A DNA stretch of 64,000 nucleotides from contig JAJPHT010000015.1 of NCBI GenBank assembly GCA_021325135.1, positions 181,320 to 245,319 on the forward strand, written 5' to 3'. How positions within the stretch are numbered: position 1 is the stretch's first letter; each line of letters opens with the position of its first letter. The position numbers and the translations under genes were made by a program. The stretch is from Pseudomonadota bacterium (GTDB lineage Archaea; Thermoplasmatota; SW-10-69-26; JACQPN01; JAJPHT01). Under the pieces are notes generated by a model. It was given only the letters and a program-made list of their open reading frames with translations. It searched no databases and had not been told where the DNA came from. Below are positions 8,407 to 17,770 of this stretch, piece by piece.

Positions 8407-11400
8407 TTGGCTGCCCCCTCGTACACGGAGGCGCTCGCCCGCGGGTCCACGGAGGCCCTCCTGAGCGTCACGCCCAGCGGCCGGGTCCTGACGTGGAGCC
8501 ACGGCGCCGAGATGGCCTTCGGCTACCATCGCGACGAGGCCATCGGCCGGCTCCTCGTGGTCCTCGTGGCCTCCGCGGAGGACGTCGAGCGCGTGCAGGC
8601 GGCGCTGCGCCAGGCCGCGACGGAGGGCTCCGCGACCTGCGACGGGCTGCGCCGCCGCAAGGACGGCTCGCGCTTCGCGTCGCCCATGCCGGTGCGCATC
8701 GTCCGCGAGGGCGACGGGCCGGGCCTCCAGCTCACCGTCTACGTGGGCCGCGAGGCCTCGGGCGACCTTCTCTCGGACCCCGAGCCGGGCGCCGCCGAGG
8801 CGCCCCTGGCGCCGCTGGAGGACCCGCTGCGCGAGCCCCTGGAGCGCGTCCGGGCCGAGCTGCGCGCCGACGCCGCCGCGGTCTACGTCTTCGCGCCCAC
8901 CGGAGGGCTCGCCGTGCGCGCCACCGTGCGCGGCCCCGGCGCGCCAGCACCCCCCCTTCCCCGGCTCGAAGGCGAGGCGACCGCGCCCAGCCCCGCCGAG
9001 GCCTACCGCTCGCAGATCGCCGTCACCGTCCGCGTGGGCGGCGCGCCCGCGGGCGTGCTCCAGGTCGCCTCGCGCGAGGCCCGCGTCTTCACGCCCGACG
9101 ACGCCCGCGTCCTGGGCCTGGGCGCCGACCTCATCGGCTGGGCGCTGGAGCCGGGCCGCGGCCCCCTGGCCGGCATGGACCCCGCGATGGAGGCCGACCT
9201 TGCCGCGCTGCGAAGCGCGTGCGAGCGGGCGATGGAAGGCTCCCACGACCCCGGCGTCATGCTGGCCGCCATGGCGCGGGCTCTCGTGCCCCGCTTCGCG
9301 GACTGGTGCGCGGCCGACCTCGTGGAGCCCGCGGGCGGGCTGCGCCGCGTCGCGTTCGTCCACCGCGAGCCCTCCCGCGAGGCGACGGGCTACGAGGCCG
9401 CCTCGATCCCCGGCGCCAGCGCGCCGCTGGCCCCGCGGGACGCGGTGCGCGCGGCGCGCACCTTCGCGCGCCTCGCAGGCGAGGCCGAGCCCGAGCGCCG
9501 CCCCGAGGAGCGCCGCGCCCTGGCCGCGCTGGGCGACGCGTCGTGGATCGTCGTCCCCATCGCGGGGCGCGTGCGCGTCCTGGGCGCCCTGACCCTCGGG
9601 CAGGCCACCCCGGAGCGCGCCTTCGTGGACCGCGACGTGGCGTGGGTGCGCGACCTCGCGCGCCGCGCCGCGCTGGAGGTGGAGAACGCGCGCCTGCACG
9701 ACATGGTGCAGCGCTCCCGCGAGCAGGCGGGGCGCGCCACCGTGCGCGGCAAGCTCCTCCAGGAGGTCGCGGCCTCGCTCTCCGAGGCGCTCACCCCCAC
9801 CGAGGTCATCGAGACGGTGGTCGCGCGGGCGCGGGAGGGCCTGCGCGCCACGGGCGGCGCCCTCGCGGTGCTCACCGACGACCGCGCGGCCTTCGAGATC
9901 GCGGGCACGGTGGGCGCCGCCGACGCGCTGCACAACGCGTGGCGCCGCTTCCCCGTCCACACGCGCGTCCCGCTGGCGGACGCGGGCCGCTCCCGCGAGG
10001 TGGTGACCGTGGAGTCGGTCCCCGCCGGCATCGCGCGCTACCCCCACCTCGCGGGCGCCCACGAGAAGCTGGGCTCCCTCGTGGCCGTGCCCCTCGTCGT
10101 GGACGGCCGCACCGTGGGCGCCCTGGGCCTCGTCTTCGAGGAGAAGCGCGCCTTCGACGCGGACGACCTCTCCTTCCTGCGCACGCTGGCGCGCCAGTGC
10201 GGCGACGCCGTCGAGCGCACGCGCCTGCTCAACGCGGAGCGCAGCGCCCGCGCCGCGGCCGACAGCGAGGCGCGCCGCGCGGCGTTCCTCGCGGACGCCA
10301 GCCGCATCCTCTCCGCCTCCTTCGACTTCGAGAGCACGCTGGGCCAGACGGGCCGCATGCTCGTGCCGGTCTACGCGGACTGGTGCCTCATCCACCTGGC
10401 GGAGCCCGACGGCTCGCTGCGCGCCCTCGTCTCGGTCCACGGCGAGGGCGCGAAGCTCGCGGCCGTGGAGGAGCTTCGCTGGCTGCATCGCCTCGACCCC
10501 AACGGCGAGGCCGGCATCCCGCGCGTCGTGCGCACGGGGCGCCCCGAGATCCACTTCGAGGTGCCCGACTCGCTGGTGGAGCGCATGTGCGCGAGCCCCG
10601 AGGAGGCCGCGCTCATGCGCAAGGTGGGCGTCCGCTCGCAGATGATCGTGCCCATGGTCGCGCGCGGCCGCGTGCTGGGCGCCATCACGTTCCGCCAGTC
10701 GGGCATCCGCCGCTTCGGCATCAACGACGTGCCCCTCGCGGAGGAGCTGGCCATCCGCGCCGCCATCGCGGTGGACAACGCGCGCCTCTTCCGCGAGTCG
10801 CAGGAGGCGTTCCTGCGCCGCGAGGAGAGCCTGGCGCTCCTGGCGACGCTCCTCTCCAGCGCGCCCATCGGCATCGCGTTCTTCGACCGCGAGATGCGCG
10901 TCGCGCGCGTGAACGACGCGCTGAGGGCCGCCGGCGCGCCCGCCGACGCCGTGGGCCTCACGCTCGCCGAGGCGCTCCCCTTCCTCTCCGAGGAGACGCG
11001 GGAGCGCTTCCGCCAGGTCCTCGTCACGGGCGAGCCCGTCGTGGACCTGGAGGTGGCGGAGGCCTCCGACGGCCTCTTCCCGCGCCACTGGCTCGCGTCG
11101 TGCTATCCCGTGACGGCGCGCCCCGGCGACACGCTGGGCGTCGGCCTGCTCCTGGCGGACATCACCGCGCGCAAGCGGGCCGAGGAGGCCCTGCGGGAGA
11201 GCGAAGAACGATATCGCCTCCTCGTCGAGGGCGTCAAGGACCACGCCATCCTCAGCCTCGACCCCGAGGGGCGCATCATGAGCTGGAACGCGGCCGCGGA
11301 GAGGCTCCACGGCTACAAGGCGGAGGAGGTCGTGGGCAAGCCCTTCAGCGTCTTCCACCCCCCCGAGCTGGAGGGCGCCGCGGCCGTGGAGGAGCTTGCG

Positions 11401-12297
11401 ACCGCGCTGAAGGACGGACGCTGCGAGATCGAGGGGTGGCGCGTGCGCAAGGACGGCTCGCGCTTCTACGCCAACGTGCTCCTGGCCCCGCTGCGCGACG
11501 CGGAGGGGCGCCTCGTGGGCTTCTCCAAGCTCACGCGCGACCTCACCGAGGCGCGCCGGGCGCGCGAGGACCTGGAATTGGCCCGCCAGCAGGTGGCGCG
11601 CACGGAGAAGCTCTCCACCATGGGCACCCTCGTCTCGGGCGTCGCGCACGAGATCCGCACGCCGCTCACCGCCATCGCGAACAGCCTCTTCATGATGAAG
11701 ATGCGGCTCGACCGCGGGCCCACCGCGGAGGAGCTTCGCTCGTCCACGTTCCGCCAGCACATGGACCTCGCGCTGGAAGGCATCGACCGCATCAACCGCC
11801 TGGTGCAGGACCTCCGGCGCTTCACCAAGGTCCCCGTGGGCCAGGGGCGCGTCCGCGCAGGGCTCGACGACGTGGCCGGCGAGGCGCTGAGCCTCTTCCG
11901 CGCCGCGTACCGCGGGCGCATCGAGGTCGCCAGCGAGCTTCGGCCCACGCCCCCCTGCGAGGTGGACCGCGCGCAGATCCAGCAGCTCGTCCTCAACCTC
12001 CTCCAGAACGCCTCCGAGGCCATGCCCCACGGCGGCACGGTGCGGCTCCTCACGGGGGCCAGCGGCACGCACGCGTTCATCCGCGTCGTGGACACGGGCG
12101 TGGGCATGCCCCCCGAGGTCACGAAGCGCATGTTCGAGGAGTTCTTCACGACGAAGCCCGAGGGCACGGGGCTGGGCCTCTCCATCGTGAGGCGCATCGT
12201 GGAGGCCCACGGCGGCCGCATCGAGCACCACACGGAGGAGGGGAAGGGCACCACCTTCACCATCCACGTCCCGCTGGCCTCCGCGCCCCCTCCGTGA
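8407..12297 (+). CDS. Cytoplasmic multi-PAS/GAF sensor histidine kinase (~1296 aa)
   Basis: PAS, several GAF repeats (ADWC...IVP..RGRVLGA), PAS, H-box VAHEIRTPL, N/G boxes; TTG start inferred ~30 nt after CTTATCTA. Confidence 0.9.
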   Translation: MAAPSYTEALARGSTEALLSVTPSGRVLTWSHGAEMAFGYHRDEAIGRLLVVLVASAEDVERVQAALRQAATEGSATCDGLRRRKDGSRFASPMPVRIVREGDGPGLQLTVYVGREASGDLLSDPEPGAAEAPLAPLEDPLREPLERVRAELRADAAAVYVFAPTGGLAVRATVRGPGAPAPPLPRLEGEATAPSPAEAYRSQIAVTVRVGGAPAGVLQVASREARVFTPDDARVLGLGADLIGWALEPGRGPLAGMDPAMEADLAALRSACERAMEGSHDPGVMLAAMARALVPRFADWCAADLVEPAGGLRRVAFVHREPSREATGYEAASIPGASAPLAPRDAVRAARTFARLAGEAEPERRPEERRALAALGDASWIVVPIAGRVRVLGALTLGQATPERAFVDRDVAWVRDLARRAALEVENARLHDMVQRSREQAGRATVRGKLLQEVAASLSEALTPTEVIETVVARAREGLRATGGALAVLTDDRAAFEIAGTVGAADALHNAWRRFPVHTRVPLADAGRSREVVTVESVPAGIARYPHLAGAHEKLGSLVAVPLVVDGRTVGALGLVFEEKRAFDADDLSFLRTLARQCGDAVERTRLLNAERSARAAADSEARRAAFLADASRILSASFDFESTLGQTGRMLVPVYADWCLIHLAEPDGSLRALVSVHGEGAKLAAVEELRWLHRLDPNGEAGIPRVVRTGRPEIHFEVPDSLVERMCASPEEAALMRKVGVRSQMIVPMVARGRVLGAITFRQSGIRRFGINDVPLAEELAIRAAIAVDNARLFRESQEAFLRREESLALLATLLSSAPIGIAFFDREMRVARVNDALRAAGAPADAVGLTLAEALPFLSEETRERFRQVLVTGEPVVDLEVAEASDGLFPRHWLASCYPVTARPGDTLGVGLLLADITARKRAEEALRESEERYRLLVEGVKDHAILSLDPEGRIMSWNAAAERLHGYKAEEVVGKPFSVFHPPELEGAAAVEELATALKDGRCEIEGWRVRKDGSRFYANVLLAPLRDAEGRLVGFSKLTRDLTEARRAREDLELARQQVARTEKLSTMGTLVSGVAHEIRTPLTAIANSLFMMKMRLDRGPTAEELRSSTFRQHMDLALEGIDRINRLVQDLRRFTKVPVGQGRVRAGLDDVAGEALSLFRAAYRGRIEVASELRPTPPCEVDRAQIQQLVLNLLQNASEAMPHGGTVRLLTGASGTHAFIRVVDTGVGMPPEVTKRMFEEFFTTKPEGTGLGLSIVRRIVEAHGGRIEHHTEEGKGTTFTIHVPLASAPPP

Positions 12298-12409
12298 GGC
12301 GAGGGCCAGCAGGCTCCCGGGTTCGTAGCAGGAATCCTTTAGTCCCTCTCGGCCCTCGTCGAAGCGACTTCCCACCCGGGCAGCGGTGGGCGACTGGAGA
12401 GGCAGAACC

Positions 12410-13069
12410 ATGCAGAAGACCATCATCCCCCAGACGACGAGCACGGTCTACGACATCGGGGTCCGCGAGCTCCACCGCATCTCCCAGGACGAGGCCGCGC
12501 GCCGCGAGATCGACCACAACCTCAACGAGTCGCGCGGCCGGGAGGCGGCCCGCCTCCACGTCACGCTGACGGCGCTCTCGGCCATGGACCGGAAGAACAT
12601 GGAGGCGCTGGAGGCCATGGCCACGGAGCTCCAGGCGCGCGTCGCGGAGCTTGCCGCCTCGGTCTCCGGCACCGAGGGCGTCGCCGAGAAGCGCTCGCAG
12701 GAGATCGTGGCGTTGACCACGCAGCTCACCTCCGCCATGAAGGACAACTTCGAGGCGACGCGCAGCCATCTCGTCAACCTCCAGAACGCCCTCTCCACGC
12801 AGGTCCACGAGGCGCGCCTCGCCCTGGCCAACCAGGCGGACGGCTCGCTCCAGAGCATCTCCTCGCAGCAGCGCGAGAACACCGAGCGCCTCGCCGTGGA
12901 CGTGCGCAAGCTGCGCGACGAGGTCGTCTCCCTCGTGGACAGCCGCATGAACCAGGCCGACGCCAGCTTCGCCGCCCTGCGCGGCGACGTCGAGGTCGTG
13001 AAGTACCTCGTCATGGACCTCATCAAGGACCGCATCGGCCGCGCCGACCCCAAGTCCAAGACCTACTGA
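12410..13069 (+). CDS. Hypothetical coiled-coil protein
   Basis: Heptad-like helical sequence, typical codon usage, GGAGAGG upstream. Confidence 0.7.
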   Translation: MQKTIIPQTTSTVYDIGVRELHRISQDEAARREIDHNLNESRGREAARLHVTLTALSAMDRKNMEALEAMATELQARVAELAASVSGTEGVAEKRSQEIVALTTQLTSAMKDNFEATRSHLVNLQNALSTQVHEARLALANQADGSLQSISSQQRENTERLAVDVRKLRDEVVSLVDSRMNQADASFAALRGDVEVVKYLVMDLIKDRIGRADPKSKTY

Positions 13070-13081
13070 GGTGCCCGCCCC

Positions 13082-13999
13082 ATGCGGGCCCTCCTGTGCG
13101 CGCTCGTCCTCTCGGCCCTCCTGGCGCCCTCCTCCGCGCTGGCCCAGGTGCCCGCCGCCCAGCCGCAGGTGGGGCTCTCCCTGTCGGCGGCCGCCCTGCG
13201 CGTGGACGCGGGAAACGAGAGCGTCGTCCTCGCCAACGTCACCAACCAGGGCAGCCTCCCGGCCACCGTCACGCTCTCCTTCGCTCCGCTGGCAGGGTGG
13301 ACCGTCACGCCCGACGTGGCGAGCCCCTTCGCCCTGGCCGCCAACGGCGCGCAGACGGTGCGCCTCACGGTGCGCGCTCCAGCCGCCGGCGCGGGCGCCG
13401 CGGAGGGCCCCCTGGGCGTCACGGCCACCCTCACCGAATCCACCACCGGGCGCCAGGCTCCTCCGGCCAAGGCGACGCTGGCCCTCTCCCGCGTCGACCC
13501 CGCCGCCGCGGCCCCGCCCTCCTTGTGGCCCCCGGAGCGCGTCGCCGCCGCGGCGCTGGGCTCCGTCGCGGTGGTCGCGGGCGTCGTCGCGCTGGAGCGG
13601 AGGCGCCGCGTCCGCGCCGAGGCCCTCTGGCGCGAGCGCGAGACGGGCCTCGCCCTGGAGCCGGACGGGCCCACGATGCCCTGGGGCGCGCGCCGCGAGA
13701 TGCTCCAGCGCGTCGCGGTGCGCAACGTGGGCTCGCGCCCCCTGGTCGCCCTCGTGGGCGTGCGCGCGGCGAGCCCCGGCTGGACGGCCGCCCTCTCGCT
13801 GCCGCGCCTGCCCCTGGCCCCCGGCGAGCGCGCGGTGGTCACGCTCTACCTCAACCCCGCGCCCGACGTGCCCGGCGGCGCGCCCGGCGAGGTGACGCTC
13901 TACGCCCGCACGGCCGAGGCGCAGGAGCACGAGGAGGTGGCGCGCGTGGCCCTGGAGGCGCCCCCGGTGCGCGTCCCTGCGGCAGCGGGCGGGCGCTAG
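13082..13999 (+). CDS. Membrane protein with two Ig-like (NEW3/CARDB-like) domains either side of a TM helix
   Basis: Signal peptide; NVTNQG..GWTV; TM; VRNVG..GWTA..LAPGE. Confidence 0.65.
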   Translation: MRALLCALVLSALLAPSSALAQVPAAQPQVGLSLSAAALRVDAGNESVVLANVTNQGSLPATVTLSFAPLAGWTVTPDVASPFALAANGAQTVRLTVRAPAAGAGAAEGPLGVTATLTESTTGRQAPPAKATLALSRVDPAAAAPPSLWPPERVAAAALGSVAVVAGVVALERRRRVRAEALWRERETGLALEPDGPTMPWGARREMLQRVAVRNVGSRPLVALVGVRAASPGWTAALSLPRLPLAPGERAVVTLYLNPAPDVPGGAPGEVTLYARTAEAQEHEEVARVALEAPPVRVPAAAGGR

Positions 14000-14030
14000 C
14001 CTCAAGGCTCGCAGCCCGGATCGCCCCCCG

Positions 14031-14507
14031 ATGCCCGAGGTCCGCAACGTGAACGGCTACGTCGCGCCGGCGCTCACCGCGGACGCCGTCCTCCTCAAGG
14101 GCCGCGAGGCGCTCCTCATCCGCCGCGGCCGCGACCCGTTCAAGGGCTCGTGGGCCCTGCCTGGAGGCTTCGTCGAGCCGGGCGAGCGCGTCGAGGACGC
14201 CTGCCGCCGCGAGCTCATGGAGGAGACGGGCCTCAAGGGCGACATCGTCGACCTCCTGGGCGTCTACAGCGATCCCGGCCGCGACCCGCGGGGGCCCACC
14301 GTCACCGTGGCCTACGTGCTGAAGGTCTCCGGCATCGTGCAGGTGGCTGCCGCGGACGACGCGGACGAGGCGCGCTGGTTCCCCCTCGACGCGTTGCCTC
14401 CGCTGGCGTTCGACCACGATCGCATCCTCTCCGACGCGGCGCGGTGGCTCGCGCAGCCGGGGTGCTTCGAGAAGCTGGCGGACACCGATTTTGGGAAGTG
14501 CGCCTGA
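14031..14507 (+). CDS. NUDIX hydrolase (ADP-ribose pyrophosphatase-like)
   Basis: WALPGGFVEPGE..CRRELMEETGL, RDPRG, LAFDH. Confidence 0.93.
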   Translation: MPEVRNVNGYVAPALTADAVLLKGREALLIRRGRDPFKGSWALPGGFVEPGERVEDACRRELMEETGLKGDIVDLLGVYSDPGRDPRGPTVTVAYVLKVSGIVQVAAADDADEARWFPLDALPPLAFDHDRILSDAARWLAQPGCFEKLADTDFGKCA

Positions 14508-14601
14508 GGCTTGCCTCCTGGTCCGGTGGTTCGTGGGTTCGGGTTGCATCGTGGAACAGCGAGCAGAGGGATTCATCCCCCGCTCGCGCGCTCGCCGAGG
14601 C

Positions 14602-14952
14602 GTGATCCCCGAGGGCCTCCGGGAGGGCATCCGCCGCTTCAACGCGCGCGAGTGGTTCGAGGCCCACGAGGCGTGGGAGGACCACTGGGGGTCGGGCGGA
14701 GCGGGCGAGCGCGAGGCCACGCTGGGGCTCATCAAGGCCGCCGTCGCGCTGCACCACCTCGCGGCCGGCAACGAGGCGGGCTTCCTCTGGCAGGCCAAGG
14801 AGGCGATCCCCAGGCTGCGCGCGCAGGCGGGGCTCTGGCCGGAGCTGGCGCTGGACGACCTCGCCGAGGCGCTGGACTCCCTGGCCGCGCAGGCGCGCTT
14901 CGCCGGGCGGCTGCCCACCGCCTGGGACGCGCCCCGCCTGCCGGAGCCGTGA
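14602..14952 (+). CDS. DUF309 family protein
   Basis: GIRRFNAREWFEAHEAWEDHW...GLIKAAVALHH. Confidence 0.85.
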   Translation: MIPEGLREGIRRFNAREWFEAHEAWEDHWGSGGAGEREATLGLIKAAVALHHLAAGNEAGFLWQAKEAIPRLRAQAGLWPELALDDLAEALDSLAAQARFAGRLPTAWDAPRLPEP

Positions 14953-15008
14953 ACGTCCTCACAACAAGGGATAAATGGGCCGATTCGGTCCCCACGCCCG
15001 GGGCAGGC

Positions 15009-16214
15009 ATGCGCGCGGACGTCCCCCTCGGAGCCCTTCTCCTCGTGGCCCTCCTCTCGGCGGGCTGCATCGGCACGTTCAACCACACGCTGGACGAGCA
15101 CCCCGCGACCGTGGACGACGGCCACGGAGGCGGCCCCCTCCTCCCTCCGCCCCCCAAGCCCATGCTCAAGCCCACCGTGGCGCCCGTCGTCGCCCCCGCG
15201 CCGTGGGTCCTCAACGGCACGCAGGTGGAGATGCAGGCCGTCGCCCCCGCCGACGCCAAGGCGCCCCTCTCGTGGACGTGGGGCGTCGCCCCCCTCCTGG
15301 GCACGGCGCCCCTCGCGCAGAAGGCCACTGGCCTCGACACGGGCTCCAAGAAGCCCGACGACTACCTCTCCCCCGGCCAGAGCGCGTCGCTCACCTTCTC
15401 CCTCCCCGGCGTCTACCAGATGCACTGCCACCCGCACGCGAACTTCATGCGCGGCAACGTGACCGTCATCGACGGCCTGCCCGGCGCCAAGAATTTCGAC
15501 GTCTACATCGAGGACGGCGCGACGTACAAGGACTTCCGCTTCGTCCCCGAGAACCTCACCGTCCCCGCGGGCTCCGTCGTCACCTACCACAACGTGGGCA
15601 GCCAGGCCCACAGCGCGACCCTCCTCTCCCAGGACCCTGGCCTCGTCCCGCAGCCCGTCACCGGCAGCAAGGGCACCGTCACCCTCACGGGCAACGGCTG
15701 GACGCGCGTCATCGCCATCCTCCACGACGCGGAAGGCCGCATCGGCCAGGCCGAGTGGCCCGTCTACGTCGCGCCCTACCCCGAGGACTACCAGAAGACG
15801 TTCTACCAGAACTTCAGCGCCGGAGCCCCCGCACAGCTGGACGCCGCGCCCGTCTCCGTCGCGCCGGGCGGCACGCTCTCGTTCAAGACGGACTACAACG
15901 GCACCGCGTTCGTGAACGTCACCTTCCTCGACCCGCCCTCCCAGCAGGCGCTCCCCGCCGCCGACCCCGCCAACGCCTGCGCGGGCGAGTTCCACCTCCG
16001 CGAACAGGGCTCCCAGACGGACCTGCTCACCGGCGCGCAAGGGCCCTCCCCCGCCGCCCACGGCCGCGTCCTCACCACGACGTACAACCTCGTCGTCGTG
16101 CCGCGCCAGGGCGCCAGCTGCGAGGCCATCGTGCAGCTCCACGTGCTCTACGACCACGAGCCGCCAGCCCCGCTGGCCTACGTGGACCCGGAGAGCGTTC
16201 CGCATCATCACTGA
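15009..16214 (+). CDS. Lipoprotein with blue-copper (cupredoxin) domain, apparently circularly permuted
   Basis: Lipobox SAGC; YQMHCHPHANFMRG followed by FRFVPENLTVPAG..HNVGSQAHSAT. Confidence 0.8.
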   Translation: MRADVPLGALLLVALLSAGCIGTFNHTLDEHPATVDDGHGGGPLLPPPPKPMLKPTVAPVVAPAPWVLNGTQVEMQAVAPADAKAPLSWTWGVAPLLGTAPLAQKATGLDTGSKKPDDYLSPGQSASLTFSLPGVYQMHCHPHANFMRGNVTVIDGLPGAKNFDVYIEDGATYKDFRFVPENLTVPAGSVVTYHNVGSQAHSATLLSQDPGLVPQPVTGSKGTVTLTGNGWTRVIAILHDAEGRIGQAEWPVYVAPYPEDYQKTFYQNFSAGAPAQLDAAPVSVAPGGTLSFKTDYNGTAFVNVTFLDPPSQQALPAADPANACAGEFHLREQGSQTDLLTGAQGPSPAAHGRVLTTTYNLVVVPRQGASCEAIVQLHVLYDHEPPAPLAYVDPESVPHHH

Positions 16215-16217
16215 TAC

Positions 16218-16440
16218 GGCCCGCTCGCTTCGCTCGCGGACCGACTCGGCTGGGGGCCCTTCGGGCCCCCGGGGAGCGCCCCTTTTTTCGCAGAAATGCC
16301 CTTAGGGGCGCTCCGGCGCCGCCTTCGGCGGCGCCTGCGGCCCCTACAAGGCATCCGGCATTTCTGCGAAAAAACGGGCGCTCGGTGATGGCCCTCTGCG
16401 GGGGGCCGCGAGTGGTGGGCTCTTCGTCGCGCGCGCGGGC
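16218..16440. repeat. Nested palindromic intergenic element
   Basis: 26/27-bp inverted repeat 16274-16300 / 16357-16383 plus CTTCGG-capped hairpins. Confidence 0.75.
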
Positions 16441-16506
16441 GCCGCGGCGGGGGCCCTCGCTTCGGGTCCGCAAGGGCTTTCAATGAAACGAGGGCTGCGG
16501 CCGATC

Positions 16507-16824
16507 ATGTTCTGTCCCAACGACAAGGCGATGCTCAAGCCTGTGAACGGGGTGCTGACGTGCCCGAAATGCGGGTACACGAAGCAGGCCGTCGCGGGGC
16601 AGAACGTCGTGCGGAGCAAGGCCGTCGAGGACGTCCACAAGTCGGTCATGGACGACTCGGCGCAGAAGGTCAGCCTCCTGCCCACGACCAACGAGTACCA
16701 GTGCGAGAAGTGCGGCAACCACCTCGCGTACTACTACATGCGCCAGACGCGCAGCGCGGATGAGGCCACGACGCGCTTCCTGGAGTGCACCAAGTGTGGC
16801 CACAAGTGGAGGGAATACCGGTGA
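16507..16824 (+). CDS. tfs: Transcription factor S (TFS/RpoM)
   Basis: Two Zn ribbons and QTRSADE acidic hairpin, ends CTKCGHKWREY. Confidence 0.93.
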   Translation: MFCPNDKAMLKPVNGVLTCPKCGYTKQAVAGQNVVRSKAVEDVHKSVMDDSAQKVSLLPTTNEYQCEKCGNHLAYYYMRQTRSADEATTRFLECTKCGHKWREYR

Positions 16825-16876
16825 GCGAAGCGAACCGGTTTCCCTACACTGAAGCCGGACCGCAGTCCGGCTGGAA

Positions 16877-17314
16877 GTGGAGGGAATACCGATAGCGTCG
16901 CCCGAGCTTCGCCTCGCGGGGTCGGTGCTCCACCTTCCGGACACCGCGGGCGTCTTCGTGATCGCGTGCCGCTTCATGGGGACCACCGCGCATCCCTTGG
17001 GCGCCGTGCTCTACGTGGGGGTCGCGGAGGACATGCGGCGCCGCGTGCTCTCGCTCCTCTCCGGGGGCAAGTCGGGGCTCCACGCGCCGCTGCGCGAGCT
17101 GCACGAGGCCGGCGGCCAGGTGGACGTCCTCTACGTCGAGGTCAAGGGCGCGGGGAAGATGCCCGGGCTGGAGGCCGCCCTCGTGCAGGAGCACATGCAC
17201 CGCTCCGGGACGAAGCCTGCGTGGAACCGCGGGCCCGCCCGCACGAAGCCCTCCCCCGAAGCCTTGGCGACGGCGGAGCACATCCTGGACGCGCTGCGCA
17301 TCCTGCCGCGCTGA
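16877..17314 (+). CDS. GIY-YIG-like nuclease domain protein
   Basis: GVFVI...LYVG.AEDMRRRV...LEAALV...PAWN. Confidence 0.6.
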   Translation: MEGIPIASPELRLAGSVLHLPDTAGVFVIACRFMGTTAHPLGAVLYVGVAEDMRRRVLSLLSGGKSGLHAPLRELHEAGGQVDVLYVEVKGAGKMPGLEAALVQEHMHRSGTKPAWNRGPARTKPSPEALATAEHILDALRILPR

Positions 17315-17770
17315 TCAGCAGCCGCGCAGGCCCAGGTCGAGGCGCCACCCTCCGGCGTGCGGCGCGACGTCGCCCGCCATCGCCTCCACGCGCCGCGAGA
17401 AGCGCGGGCCCTCCACGACGAGCGTCGCCGCGGCCGCGCCGGGCGCCAGCAGGTCCACGCCCATGGCGCGGGCGTCCGCCAGCAGGGGCTCGTCCACGAA
17501 GCGGCCCAGCCACTCCGCGCTCAACGGGGGGCGGCACGCGCAGACGAACGCCCGCAGCCCGCCAAGCCCCGACGCGGGGCCCGGGCGCGCCGTCGCGGGC
17601 CCCTCCGCCAGGGGCAGGCGCAGCGCGGCGGCCTGCTCCTCCAGGAGAAAACGGGGCACGGGGCCGTCCTCCTCGGGGAGGGCCAGCGCAACGTCGGCGC
17701 CCCCGGCAAGCAGCCGGTCGAGGGCCGCCGCGGCCGGGATGCCGCCGTCCCACGCCAGCGCCACGCGCAT
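17315..17770 (-). CDS. Degenerate diphthamide-synthetase (Dph6/DUF71)-like protein
   Basis: MRVALAWDGG, LLEEQAAAL.LPL, WLGR..D, TLVVEGPRF; PP-loop SGGKDS absent, short. Confidence 0.55.
   Translation of the reverse strand: MRVALAWDGGIPAAAALDRLLAGGADVALALPEEDGPVPRFLLEEQAAALRLPLAEGPATARPGPASGLGGLRAFVCACRPPLSAEWLGRFVDEPLLADARAMGVDLLAPGAAAATLVVEGPRFSRRVEAMAGDVAPHAGGWRLDLGLRGC

Noticed and set aside
8374-12569. Very long alternative-frame and antisense ORFs (e.g. 8374-12444 minus, 8493-12569 plus, and many others)
   Set aside because: Arg/Ala/Gly/Pro-rich shadows of real genes, caused by stop-codon scarcity at high GC; no motifs.
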